64,000 nt of DNA from an uncultured Methanoregulaceae archaeon. GTDB taxonomy: Archaea > Halobacteriota > Methanomicrobia > Methanomicrobiales > Methanospirillaceae. The DNA lies in NCBI GenBank assembly GCA_963841015.1, contig CAWJAX010000003.1, positions 32,001-96,000 of the forward strand, in the 5' to 3' direction. Shown piece after piece: positions 41,878 through 51,923 of the stretch (positions within the stretch are counted from its first letter, which is position 1; every line of letters begins with the position of its first letter). Made by a program: the position numbers and the translations under genes. The notes beneath the pieces are model-generated. The model ran no database searches, was not told the DNA's origin, and was given only the letters and a program-made list of their open reading frames with translations.

Positions 41878-43047
41878 TTATTTCTTGAGTTGTCGTGTTA
41901 TGGTGAAAGATTCCAGCAGCTGGTAAGTAATACGCGTTCCAAGACTCGGCTGGATGGCTTCTAGCCAGAGGAAAAAACCAACTTTCGAAGGGGTTGGTCG
42001 TTCAAATTTGAAATGCCCATCTTTTGCCTGGATCATTTTATGGTACTCTTTTTTCTGTCGGGAACGCAGGTAAATGATCAGTTCATAATCAGGAAGATCA
42101 GTCGCAATGATTGCCTTGGAATAAAACTTGAAAAAATCCTCATATTCAATTTTTCTCCCTTTCACTGTCAGACCATAGGAATCACACAGTAATTTTACCG
42201 ACTGAGGGAACAATCCGCCATAGAGAACTTTTTTAACAAGCTGCCCGGTCTGGCTGGTGATCTTCGGTAATTCTCGTTCGACTCCTTTTCCAATCTCACT
42301 GAAGATATGAGTACGCACTTCATCGTGGTAACGCTTGTAGTCAAATGGGTGTTTCATCGGGAAATCTGTTGCTGGAATCAGGTTTGGGTGATTTTCCGGG
42401 TTGTTATACAGAATACGAGGGCGATAATGTTTGAGAATTGATTTTATTTCCTCACATGAAGTTGTATGAATAATTGCATTCGTCTTATCCTTTCCAAGCC
42501 TTTTAACAACAGAATAGTTGGAAAGATCTATCGATGAAACAAGAAGAAAGGGGGTGATTTTCTGATCGTAAAGATAACCGATGAGGCGTTTTTTGAATGC
42601 GATTTCCTGTTCAAACTCTTTTAGATCTGATGGGGAGGTCACCACTTCAGCAAATGCAACATGGTTATCCGAATCGACCAGCAGCATATCAAATTCGGCA
42701 AGGTCCTGGCCATTTCCCCTGATCGTGATGTCACCATATTTCGAATAATAAAGGCCGTCCTGTCCGAGCTTAACATCCTCCCGCCTGCGGGGAGCATCGG
42801 CACCTTTTCGTGCAAGGTATTTTATCCGGCTGGATTTTTTTGCGATATCCAGAAACATTTCATACACAATTGCTTCGAACCACCTTCCTTCCGCAGTCCG
42901 CATTGGTTCGATATCCGGGGAGAAAAGTTTTTTTCGCTCAATCTTGTTCATATGACGCGTGGCGTTGAGGGCAATGGCTGCGTTTGGCTTAAAATGTTTG
43001 AAATTTGCTGAGAGCCACGGGATCATGAGTGCAGTATAGAATTTCAA
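41878..43047 (-). CDS. hypothetical protein with PD-(D/E)xK nuclease-like N-domain
   Basis: GRWFE...EFDMLL...FAEVVT. Confidence 0.65.
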   Translation of the reverse strand: MKFYTALMIPWLSANFKHFKPNAAIALNATRHMNKIERKKLFSPDIEPMRTAEGRWFEAIVYEMFLDIAKKSSRIKYLARKGADAPRRREDVKLGQDGLYYSKYGDITIRGNGQDLAEFDMLLVDSDNHVAFAEVVTSPSDLKEFEQEIAFKKRLIGYLYDQKITPFLLVSSIDLSNYSVVKRLGKDKTNAIIHTTSCEEIKSILKHYRPRILYNNPENHPNLIPATDFPMKHPFDYKRYHDEVRTHIFSEIGKGVERELPKITSQTGQLVKKVLYGGLFPQSVKLLCDSYGLTVKGRKIEYEDFFKFYSKAIIATDLPDYELIIYLRSRQKKEYHKMIQAKDGHFKFERPTPSKVGFFLWLEAIQPSLGTRITYQLLESFTITRQLKK

Positions 43048-43204
43048 CCCCTCTTGTAAATAACAATCTGCTTTTAGTTCCTTATTCCAAAATCTATATA
43101 TTATGGAAAACTATAAATAGATTAGAAAGATATTTCCTTCGTACCTAAGCTGTGTGTAACCAAGTACATAGCGAGGGGGGAAAAAGCGAGGGGGTCTTTA
43201 AGAA

Positions 43205-43561
43205 ATGTCAAAAGCTAAGAACACAACCGGCATGGCTCCGCTGCCACACTATATTATGCCGGATGCATCGGAACCTGAGTACGAGATAATCCTGGAACAA
43301 TTGCAGAATTATCGTAAATCTCTAATCGGCTCTTCATATTATTATATCAGAGCTGGTGATGAACGCAGTCATCTGTGCAGGATAGTTCATGGAGGCGGGA
43401 AGGTATTTTTCCATGAACTGGTTGATCACCATAAACATGGTATCAGTGATGAGGATATTGACGAGTCAGTGAAACATGATATCGGGACGTTCACCCTGCC
43501 GGGACTTCACCCTGTTTCACCGCATATTGAACAAAAGCTGCGTATCTTGTACGATATTTAA
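43205..43561 (+). CDS. hypothetical protein
   Basis: 118-aa ORF with upstream purine-rich RBS-like run; no motif recognised. Confidence 0.6.
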   Translation: MSKAKNTTGMAPLPHYIMPDASEPEYEIILEQLQNYRKSLIGSSYYYIRAGDERSHLCRIVHGGGKVFFHELVDHHKHGISDEDIDESVKHDIGTFTLPGLHPVSPHIEQKLRILYDI

Positions 43562-43712
43562 TCTATTTTTTAAGAAGTATCATCAAAAAAAATTCATGAC
43601 AGAAATGTTTTTAAAAAAATCCCGGACGAATCTGCGGGAAATTTAGTTTATCAGGGAAATCACCCTCAACATTGACTTGCACTGAAGAAAGGTAGAGAAG
43701 GAGCGTAGGATT

Positions 43713-44228
43713 ATGGTGTTCCATCCTCATTCAAGAAACGGACCGTTGATGAAAGCTGCACAAATGGCACTGGTGACAGGCAATGTCAATTATGTCCTAA
43801 TATGGGTTCCGGAAGAATCTGAGAATACCCTCAAAAATCTATTGGAGAACACGTGCTGTGAACGCAGCGCCAGAAAAAATATGCAGAATCGTGCTATTGA
43901 CTGGTATTTCGATACCGTGAGCCGGTTTCACTCTGCCAACAAGGGGGCTTTGTATCCCTTCCATAAACACGGGGGACATGATGAGAGCCTGATTGCTGTA
44001 AAGGTGGAGAGAGCGATTGAGACCGGCAATTTCGAGGAAATAATCGGAATTATTCCAGATACCCATGCAGCAGATGTAAGGGAACGTTTTCACCATGTCA
44101 TGGACAAAAGTAACTTTGATCGAAATAATATTGCCGCTGGTCGTGCATATGTCTCAGCATTCATCGGCTTCCTCACGTACCTGCATACCATCCGCACATG
44201 TATTCCCGGAGAAGAAAATTACTCATAG
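43713..44228 (+). CDS. DUF6448-like protein
   Basis: GPLMKAA..ALVTGNVNYVLIWV, YFDTVSRFH, AGRAYVSAF. Confidence 0.65.
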   Translation: MVFHPHSRNGPLMKAAQMALVTGNVNYVLIWVPEESENTLKNLLENTCCERSARKNMQNRAIDWYFDTVSRFHSANKGALYPFHKHGGHDESLIAVKVERAIETGNFEEIIGIIPDTHAADVRERFHHVMDKSNFDRNNIAAGRAYVSAFIGFLTYLHTIRTCIPGEENYS

Positions 44229-44269
44229 TAATTAAAAAATAACAAAAGATTGTATATTTTTTCCCAGCT

Positions 44270-44599
44270 TCAGGTTTCCATCTCGCCTGTGCGGATCCTT
44301 ATTGATTTTTCTATGGGCATAATGAATATTTTGCCATCACCAATTTTACCGGTCCGGGCCGCTTCCGTGATTGTTACAACAAGGTTATCGAGATCTGAAT
44401 CCCGTACTGCAATCTCCAGCTGAATTTTTGGCAGGAAATCAACGGTCATCTGACCGCCACGGTATTCGAGGGTGATCCCTTTCTGCTCGCCTCGTCCTTT
44501 GACCTCAGTGATGGTCATTCCAATGAATCCTTTGTCTTCAAGCGCCTTTTTTACGAACTCGAACCGTTCAGGTTTGATAATTGCTTTTACCATTTTCAT
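44270..44599 (-). CDS. glnK: P-II nitrogen regulator
   Basis: KAIIKPE, GRGEQKG, EYRG T-loop, TGKIGDGKIF, RIRTGE. Confidence 0.93.
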   Translation of the reverse strand: MKMVKAIIKPERFEFVKKALEDKGFIGMTITEVKGRGEQKGITLEYRGGQMTVDFLPKIQLEIAVRDSDLDNLVVTITEAARTGKIGDGKIFIMPIEKSIRIRTGEMET

Positions 44600-44612
44600 A
44601 GTAATTCTCCGG

Positions 44613-45815
44613 TTAGCACCGCTCTCCATGCTGGGAGATATCAAGGCCGACATACTCTTCTTCTTCTGTTACCCGCAGGCCGATTGTTTTGTCAATGACA
44701 ACTGCAAGGACATAGGTAACAACGAACGCATAGATAAGCGCAGCAAACGCACCAATTGCATTCGCGATAAACTGGTTGACATTTCCTTCAATTAATCCTG
44801 ATGCACCGTTCACCGCTGCAACGGCAAAGATACCAGTTGCCAGTGCTCCCCAGAGGCCACCCATTCCATGAATTGCCCATGCATCAAGGCTTTCATCCAG
44901 GCCTTTGCGTATACGTAAGAGCAGCATCGCGTAACAGATCGAGCCACCAATGGCTCCTATGATAATTGCTCCCATGGGAGTCACATAGCCACAACCTGGT
45001 GTAATTGCAACAAGTCCGGCAATTGCTCCACTGACAAATCCAAGCGAGCTCGGTTTGCCGTGAAGCCAGCTGATGAGAAGCCATGCTAATCCTCCGGCAG
45101 CTGCTGCAATGTTAGTGGTGACAAAAGCCTGGGCTGCAAGACCATTTGCCCCAAGTGCACTGCCCGCGTTAAACCCGAACCAGCCAAACCAGAGGAGTGC
45201 AGCCCCAAGAATTGTCAGGGGAATATTATTCGGCTCCATTGCATACTTTCCAAAACCGACTCGTTTGCCGATGACGAGGGCGAGAGCTAGTGCGGCAAAC
45301 CCGGAACTGATATGCACGACAGTCCCTCCGGCAAAATCAAGGGCACCGAACTGGGCTGCCCATCCTCCGCCCCAGACCCAGTGGGCAAGGGGATCGTACA
45401 CAATGGTCGTCCAGAGAAGCCCGAATATCAGAAACGCACTGAATTTAATGCGCTCTGCAAATCCTGATGTTATAATTGCCACGGTCACCGCGGCAAAAAC
45501 AAGCTGGAATACCATGAACAATAATCCGGGAATTGCCGCGCTGTATGGCCCCGGCTCCATTCCCACATTGTTCAGTCCCATATACTCAAGGCTTCCTATG
45601 AACCCGCCAATATCGCTCCCGAATGCGAGTGAGTACCCGACCGTTACCCATTGGATACTCACCAGTGCGAGGGCGACGAACGACAGGGTAATCATTGAGA
45701 TTAAATTTTTCCTGCGTACCAGTCCGCCATAGAAGAAACCGACGCCCGGTGTCATGATCATGACAAGCGCGGTTGCGGCGAGAATCCATGCTGTTGCTCC
45801 TGTGTCTAAAGCCAT
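44613..45815 (-). CDS. amtB: ammonium transporter
   Basis: [28 protein letters not shown]; twin His intact. Confidence 0.95.
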   Translation of the reverse strand: MALDTGATAWILAATALVMIMTPGVGFFYGGLVRRKNLISMITLSFVALALVSIQWVTVGYSLAFGSDIGGFIGSLEYMGLNNVGMEPGPYSAAIPGLLFMVFQLVFAAVTVAIITSGFAERIKFSAFLIFGLLWTTIVYDPLAHWVWGGGWAAQFGALDFAGGTVVHISSGFAALALALVIGKRVGFGKYAMEPNNIPLTILGAALLWFGWFGFNAGSALGANGLAAQAFVTTNIAAAAGGLAWLLISWLHGKPSSLGFVSGAIAGLVAITPGCGYVTPMGAIIIGAIGGSICYAMLLLRIRKGLDESLDAWAIHGMGGLWGALATGIFAVAAVNGASGLIEGNVNQFIANAIGAFAALIYAFVVTYVLAVVIDKTIGLRVTEEEEYVGLDISQHGERC

Positions 45816-45965
45816 TTCTTGTCTCCTTTAATTCATGTGATTTGCATGCAGAGGATCGTGTGAACGTTCCTGTTCTTTTTTTAATTCCTGCCGGATGAAA
45901 AGTCCGGTGGTTCTCACTTGTGATCCGCTGCTGCATTCAAACAACGTGCGAAACTCTCGCAGGAA

Positions 45966-45979
45966 GGAAGTTGCATTCC
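45966..45979. promoter_or_regulatory. NrpR-type operator GGAA-N6-TTCC just downstream of the amtB TATA box
   Basis: GGAAGTTGCATTCC; TTTATAAA at 45984-45991; matches the established NrpR consensus of methanogens. Confidence 0.8.
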
Positions 45980-46110
45980 TATATTTATAAATTTATCTAT
46001 TGAGAAAAAAATCACCCATCTTCAGAACACAAAACAAATCCGGAGAAAAAAGAACGAAAAAAAGCTAGCGCGCATTGATGGACGGCTTTGAATAACACAC
46101 GGGTAGCCTG

Positions 46111-46439
46111 TCAGTGTTCCATCTCACCGGTCCTGACCCTGATAGCCGCATCAACCGGCAGGACAAAGATCTTACCATCACCGATCCTGCCGGTTCTTGC
46201 AGCACCAATGATTGTTGCGATAAGTTCGTCCACCTCCTTGTCCCGCACGATGATCTCTATCTGAATCTTAGGAAGCATGTCAACAATCATCGGCTTTCCC
46301 CGATATTCGAGGGTGATTCCTTTCTGCTCTCCCCGCCCCTGGACTTCTGTGGCAGTCATGGCAGTCACCCCTTTTTCCTCCAGAGCTTTTTTACGAGTTC
46401 AAACCGCTCCGGTTTAATGATAGCTTTTACCATTTTCAT
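46111..46439 (-). CDS. glnK: P-II nitrogen regulator (one base missing in the homopolymer at 46387-46392)
   Basis: MKMVKAIIKPERFELVK joins GRGEQKG..TGRIGDGKIF after adding one A. Confidence 0.88.
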
Positions 46440-46449
46440 AATGAAGACC

Positions 46450-47647
46450 TCAGACCCGCTCGCCATGCTGCGATATGTCCATCCCCACGTACTCTTCATC
46501 CGATGATACCCGTAGTCCCATGGTACGATCAATGATACTAGCGATAATATAGGTGATAACAAAGGAAAAGACAGAGAGCTGCGAGTGCGGAAATTCCATT
46601 TATCATAAACTGCTGCGTGTTGCCTTCAAACAGGCCTGAGACGCCGCAGACAGCCATTGCCGCGAAAGCGCCGGTGGCAATTGTCCCCCAGAGGCCCCCC
46701 ATGCCATGGATTGCCCATGCGTCAAGGCTCTCATCGAGTCCTTTTTTTATCCGGAATAACATTGCCCCATAGCAGATCAAGCCGGCAACGATACCAATCA
46801 GGATAGAAACCATTGGCGTAACATATCCGGCTGCGGGTGTAATTGCAACCATGCCGGCTATTGCCCCGCTCACCATGCCCAGCGAGCTGGGTTTTCCGTG
46901 ATACCAGCTGGCTCCCATCCACGCAAGTGTGCCTGCAGCCGCAGCGGCATTGGTATTTACAAATGCAATAACTGCTAATTCGTTCACTCCAAGTGCACTG
47001 CCCGCATTGAATCCGAACCAGCCGAACCAGAGCAGGGCAGCCCCAATCAGAGCCAGAGGAATATTGTAGGGTTCCATTGAATATTTTCCAAAGCCTGCCC
47101 GGCTCTTGATCACCAGGGCAATAGCAAGTGCAGAAAATCCTGAACAGATTTCAACTACTGTTCCTCCGGCAAAATCCAGAAGTCCCATCGATTGTGCCCA
47201 TCCCCCTCCCCATGCCCAGTGGGCAAGCGGGCAGTAGACAAATGTTGTCCAGAGAATCATGAATAAAATAAATGAGGAGAGCCTGACGCGTTCTGCTACA
47301 CCGGATGTAATGATGGTCAAGGTCACCGCTGCAAAGAAGAGCTGGAATACCATAAACCCAAGCGGAGGATATCCATTCTCACCTGAATCTGTTCCGACTC
47401 CGTTCAGGAATGCATAATCCAGGTTTCCGATAACTCCGCCAACATCAGGACCAAAAGCGAGTGAGTACCCAATCACCATCCAGAAAATACTGACAACCGC
47501 AAGCACGACGAAAGAAAGCGCGATCATCGATATTATATTCTTCCTGCGAACAAGCCCTGCATAGAATAAACCAACACCTGGTACCATAAGCATCACGAGT
47601 GCTGCAGACACCAAAATCCATACTGTTGTTGCTGAATCGAATGCCAT
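46450..47647 (-). CDS. amtB: ammonium transporter, His-to-Glu variant (frameshift near 46570)
   Basis: [13 protein letters not shown]; the alternate frame restores ..[22 protein letters not shown]. Confidence 0.9.
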
Positions 47648-47916
47648 TTTCCACCTTAGTGCGAGTGTTTAAGGAAAATGCAGATTACAGGAAAAGGGGC
47701 TTCAGAGAATCTCGCTGACCCTGCCATGTCGCGCAGAAAGAACCGCGTCGGGCTTTCACGATGCCGTACAAAGCACCTGCTTGGTGTTACGATAATAGAG
47801 CCATTTTTTACTGATCCAATTCCCGTTACCATGCATAATCCCGGATAAAAAGTCCGGTGATAACAGGCTGGATTGAGAAATTTCCGAAGTTTCCTTGCGA
47901 GAGGTGTTCGAAAAAA

Positions 47917-49254
47917 TTAATATGTTGCCAGGTAGCGATCCAGCTCCCACGGGTGTACTGCAAGACGGAATGAATCGGATTCCATCTGTGCAATGCTCGA
48001 AAGGTTTGTGACCACATGATCACCAAGGGTCTTGCAAAGTACCTCATCTTTCAGGAGTGCCGCATTGGACTCCATAAGGCTGCCGGGGAGCATATCAATA
48101 TGGAGTTTTTTGCGTGCTCTCTCATCGAGATGATAGATGTTCGTATTCGTGCTTTCAGGAGGCATAACCTTGTTTTTAATGCCGTCAAGTCCTGCTGCAA
48201 GCATGCAGGCAAAGGTGAGATACGGGTTGCACATCGGGTCCGGGCTGCGGAACTCAGCACGGGTGCTGTTGCCACGGGCTGCCGGTACGCGGACCAGAGC
48301 TGAACGGTTGGCTGCACTCCAGGAAATATAACAGGGGGCTTCGTAACCGGGAACAAGCCGTTTATAGGAGTTGATTGTCGGGTTCGCTACACGGGTGATT
48401 GCTTTTGCGTGCTTCAGGATTCCCCCGATGTAATACATTGCGGTGTCGGAGAGCTGATTCTCACCATTGGGATCGAAGAAAGCATTCTTACCATTCTTGG
48501 ACAGTGACCCATGCGTATGCATACCGCTGCCGTTGATGCCGGCAATAGGCTTTGCCATAAAGCTCGCATGCAGTCCGTACTGGAGAGCTATCGATTTGGT
48601 TGCAAACTTGAAGGTAATTACACGGTCTGCAGTGGTCAGGGCATCGCCATATTTGAAGTCAATCTCGTGCTGGCTGTCAGCAACTTCGTGGTGAGAGGCT
48701 TCAATTTCAAATCCCATATCGCTCAGTGCCAGCACAACATCACGCCGAACATCTTCGGCAGAGTCTGTCGGAGCAAGATCGAAGTAGGCACCATGGTCCT
48801 CGAACTCAGTAGTTGGTATGCCATCGTACATTTTAAACAGGAAAAATTCGAGTTCAGGTCCCGTATTAAAGGTGAACCCCATCTTTGCTGCATCAGCGAT
48901 GGCTTTGCGCAGGATAAACCGGGGATCCCCGTCGAACGGCTTATTACCGTAGGTCTGAACATCACAAATAAATCGTGCAACCTTTCCTTCCTGAGGTCTC
49001 CATGGAAGAACCGCGTATGTTGCCGGGTCCGGTTTCAGCATCATGTCGGACTCTTCAATCCGGGCAAATCCCTCGATGGAGGATCCATCGAACCAGATAC
49101 CCTCGGTCAGTGCTTTCTCTGCCTGAATAACCGGGATCGAGACGTTTTTCGGCTGACCCTGGATGTCAGTAAACTGCAGGCGGATAAATTTAATTTTGTC
49201 CGCCTCGATTTTCTTTAAAAGTTTTGTTACGTCTGCTGGCATATTGGAAGACAT
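47917..49254 (-). CDS. glnA: glutamine synthetase type I (real start may be Met at 49242)
   Basis: FDGSSIEGF, GPELEFF, HHEVA, NGSGMH, NSYKRLVPGYEAP, EFRSPD. Confidence 0.96.
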   Translation of the reverse strand: MSSNMPADVTKLLKKIEADKIKFIRLQFTDIQGQPKNVSIPVIQAEKALTEGIWFDGSSIEGFARIEESDMMLKPDPATYAVLPWRPQEGKVARFICDVQTYGNKPFDGDPRFILRKAIADAAKMGFTFNTGPELEFFLFKMYDGIPTTEFEDHGAYFDLAPTDSAEDVRRDVVLALSDMGFEIEASHHEVADSQHEIDFKYGDALTTADRVITFKFATKSIALQYGLHASFMAKPIAGINGSGMHTHGSLSKNGKNAFFDPNGENQLSDTAMYYIGGILKHAKAITRVANPTINSYKRLVPGYEAPCYISWSAANRSALVRVPAARGNSTRAEFRSPDPMCNPYLTFACMLAAGLDGIKNKVMPPESTNTNIYHLDERARKKLHIDMLPGSLMESNAALLKDEVLCKTLGDHVVTNLSSIAQMESDSFRLAVHPWELDRYLATY

Positions 49255-49259
49255 GTTCC
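49246..49259. promoter_or_regulatory. NrpR-type operator at the glnA start
   Basis: GGAAGACATGTTCC, downstream of a minus-strand TATAAATA at about 49269-49276. Confidence 0.75.
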
Positions 49260-49295
49260 ACCCATTTGTATTTATACTTATTCAACCAATCTGAT

Positions 49296-49331
49296 TGAAC
49301 GAATGTTCATTAAGGAATGAACATATGTTCA
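49296..49331. promoter_or_regulatory. tandem TGAAC-N4-GTTCA palindromes between glnA and the gltB operon
   Basis: 49296-49309 and 49318-49331, 22-bp period. Confidence 0.55.
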
Positions 49332-49362
49332 TCATTACAAGATCATTCTATATTGTGATAAT

Positions 49363-50415
49363 ATGTGTGGTATTATAGGAGTTCTGGACAAGCACCGTAA
49401 AAGTCTGGATGGTGCCAAAATAAAAGAAGCACTCTCCATGATGAATGAACGGGGGAGTGGTGAGGGCGCAGGTTACGTGGCATACGGAATTTATCCTGAA
49501 TATAAGGATTATTTCGCGTTGCATGTTTTTTTTGATAATATCCGTGAAAACAAGGCCTCACTTGATACTGTCCTTGAGAAATGGGGAACTATCGTCCATG
49601 ATGAACAGATCAAAACGTATGAGCAGCCCAATATACGGAAAGTCCATACACCATGGCGTTATTTTTTCCGCCCGGACCGGAGCCTGATGCCGAAAAGTAC
49701 CACACCTGATGAAGACATTGTTACCCACCTTGTCATGAAAGTCAACGCGGAAAAGAATGGTGCTCTCATCTTTTCTTCCGGTAAAAATCTGGGCGTATTC
49801 AAAGCTGCCGGCTGGCCTGAGGATGTTGCAGATTTCTACCGGATCCAGGACTATAAAGGGTATCTCTGGCTTGCCCATAACCGGTACCCGACAAATACCC
49901 CTGGCTGGTGGGGCGGCGCACATCCTTTCAACCTCCTGAACTGGAGTGTAGTCCATAACGGTGAGATAACCTCCTATGGTACCAACCGGCGTTACATTGA
50001 AAGCTACGGGTATAAATGTACGATGTATACCGACACCGAAGTGGTTGCTTATCTTGTTGACTTGTTGATACGAAAACACGGGCTCTCTGAAAAGATGGCG
50101 GTGCGGGCGCTTGCACCACCTTTCTGGGAGGAAATTGACCGGATGCCGGCAAAGGAGCAGGAACTCAACAGGGCAATTCGTCTTGCGTATGGATCCGCCC
50201 TCATGAATGGTCCTTTTGCAATCTGTGTAGCAAACGAAAACACGCTGGTTGGCTTTACCGACCGCATCAAGCTGCGCCCGCTTGTTTCCGGAGAATATGG
50301 AGACCGGCTGTATATCTCCAGCGAGGAAGCAGCAATCCGGAGGATGGAACCGGATGTTGATAGTATCACAATGCCAAAAGCCGGTGAACCTGTCATCGGG
50401 AGGGTTATTGCATGA
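49363..50415 (+). CDS. gltB1: glutamate synthase glutamine amidotransferase subunit (class II GATase)
   Basis: N-terminal MCGI, HNRYPTNT, AHPF, HNGEI. Confidence 0.9.
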   Translation: MCGIIGVLDKHRKSLDGAKIKEALSMMNERGSGEGAGYVAYGIYPEYKDYFALHVFFDNIRENKASLDTVLEKWGTIVHDEQIKTYEQPNIRKVHTPWRYFFRPDRSLMPKSTTPDEDIVTHLVMKVNAEKNGALIFSSGKNLGVFKAAGWPEDVADFYRIQDYKGYLWLAHNRYPTNTPGWWGGAHPFNLLNWSVVHNGEITSYGTNRRYIESYGYKCTMYTDTEVVAYLVDLLIRKHGLSEKMAVRALAPPFWEEIDRMPAKEQELNRAIRLAYGSALMNGPFAICVANENTLVGFTDRIKLRPLVSGEYGDRLYISSEEAAIRRMEPDVDSITMPKAGEPVIGRVIA

Positions 50416-51923
50416 CAATAGGCAGCATCCCTCTTCGCTATAAAGTTGATATCGACCCCGACCAGTGCATGCTCTGCGGGCGCTGTGTTGATAATTGCTC
50501 CTATGGCGTGTTCCGAAATGATGGTGATGCAATCCGGGTGAACTCCCGCAATTGTGTCGCCTGCCACCGCTGCACTGCATTCTGTCCGCGGGATGCTATC
50601 AGTATCTATGAGAAACCCACGGATTATCGGAGTCACCCTGTCTGGACGCGTGAAGTTCGTGAGAACATATTTAACCAGGCGAAGACCGGAAAGATTATCC
50701 TTGCGGGTATGGGTAATGCACTTCCCTACCCTATTATTTTTGACCGCCTCGTACTGGATGCCTGCCAGGTAACAAATCCAAGCATCGACCCACTCCGTGA
50801 ACCCATGGAGCTTCGGACGTATCTTGGGAAAAAGCCCTCATCGTTATCCATTAAAGAAGTCGCAAATGGTGATGTAGAGCTTTTAACAAAACTTTCCCCA
50901 AATCTCCAGATCGAGACCCCGATCATGATCGGGCACATGAGCTATGGTGCAATCAGCTTAAATGCGCAGACCGCGCTGGCAAAAGCGGTAAGCCGTATCG
51001 GGACTTTCATGGGGACGGGTGAAGGCGGACTCCACGAATCACTCTATCCGTACCAGAAAAATATGATTGTCCAGGTTGCAAGCGGGCGATTCGGTGTGGA
51101 TATCAACTATCTCGAACGTGGTGCTGCGATTGAGATCAAGATCGGGCAGGGTGCAAAACCAGGTATCGGCGGGCACCTGCCCGGTGAAAAAGTCTGTGCC
51201 GATGTGTCGTGCACACGCATGATCCCGGAAGGAAGCGATGCGATTAGCCCTGCACCCCATCACGACATTTATAGTATCGAAGATCTCAAGCAGCTCGTAC
51301 GAGGGTTAAAAGAAGCGACCGAATGGAAGAAACCTGTCTTTGTGAAGATCGCCGCAGTACACAACTCGGCTGCAATTGCAGCGGGAATCGCGCGTTCTTC
51401 TGCAGATGCTGTAGTGATTGATGGATTTCGCGGTGGTACCGGTGCTGCTCCACGGGTGTTTCGGGATCATGTCGGGATCCCCATAGAAGCAGCAGTTGCG
51501 AGCGTGGACGCTAAACTTCGCCAGCAGGGAATCAGAAACAAAGTTTCCATTATCGCAAGTGGCGGGATTCGCGAAAGTGCCGATGTGGCAAAAATCATCT
51601 GTCTTGGTGCAGATGCTGTATATATTGGTACTTCCGCTTTAGTTGCGATGGGTTGCCGCGTATGCGGCACCTGCTACCGGGGGCAGTGCGCATGGGGTAT
51701 CGCCACCCAGAAACCAGAACTCACCAAAAGGCTTGATCCCGATATTGAATCTGTGCAGGTCGAGAACCTGATTCATGGCTGGACTCTCGAACTCGCTGAG
51801 CTGATGGGTGCTGCGGGTATCAACAGTATTGAGAGCCTGAGGGGCAATCGCGACAGGCTCCGGGGTTATATGCTGGATGAAGGACTCTTGAACGTTCTTG
51901 ATGTGAAAACGGTGGGGGCGTAA
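50412..51923 (+). CDS. gltB2: glutamate synthase FMN-binding subunit with ferredoxin domain
   Basis: MSYGAIS, TGEGG, QVASGRFG, EIKIGQGAKPGIGGHLPG, C-terminal Cys cluster. Confidence 0.93.
   Translation: MTIGSIPLRYKVDIDPDQCMLCGRCVDNCSYGVFRNDGDAIRVNSRNCVACHRCTAFCPRDAISIYEKPTDYRSHPVWTREVRENIFNQAKTGKIILAGMGNALPYPIIFDRLVLDACQVTNPSIDPLREPMELRTYLGKKPSSLSIKEVANGDVELLTKLSPNLQIETPIMIGHMSYGAISLNAQTALAKAVSRIGTFMGTGEGGLHESLYPYQKNMIVQVASGRFGVDINYLERGAAIEIKIGQGAKPGIGGHLPGEKVCADVSCTRMIPEGSDAISPAPHHDIYSIEDLKQLVRGLKEATEWKKPVFVKIAAVHNSAAIAAGIARSSADAVVIDGFRGGTGAAPRVFRDHVGIPIEAAVASVDAKLRQQGIRNKVSIIASGGIRESADVAKIICLGADAVYIGTSALVAMGCRVCGTCYRGQCAWGIATQKPELTKRLDPDIESVQVENLIHGWTLELAELMGAAGINSIESLRGNRDRLRGYMLDEGLLNVLDVKTVGA

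Noticed and set aside
45586-45936. ORF starting MQQ in the amtB leader as a glutamine-sensing leader peptide
   Set aside because: No RBS, only two Gln codons, and it runs far out of frame into amtB; unsupported without conservation data
46380-46395. Programmed frameshifting in glnK or other split genes
   Set aside because: No shared slippery motif or stimulatory structure across sites; the many scattered indels fit sequencing error
49558-50580. Long antisense ORFs (340 aa here; also 20353-21021, 48511-49218, 60195-60683)
   Set aside because: Shadows of well-supported genes on the opposite strand, with no recognisable motifs
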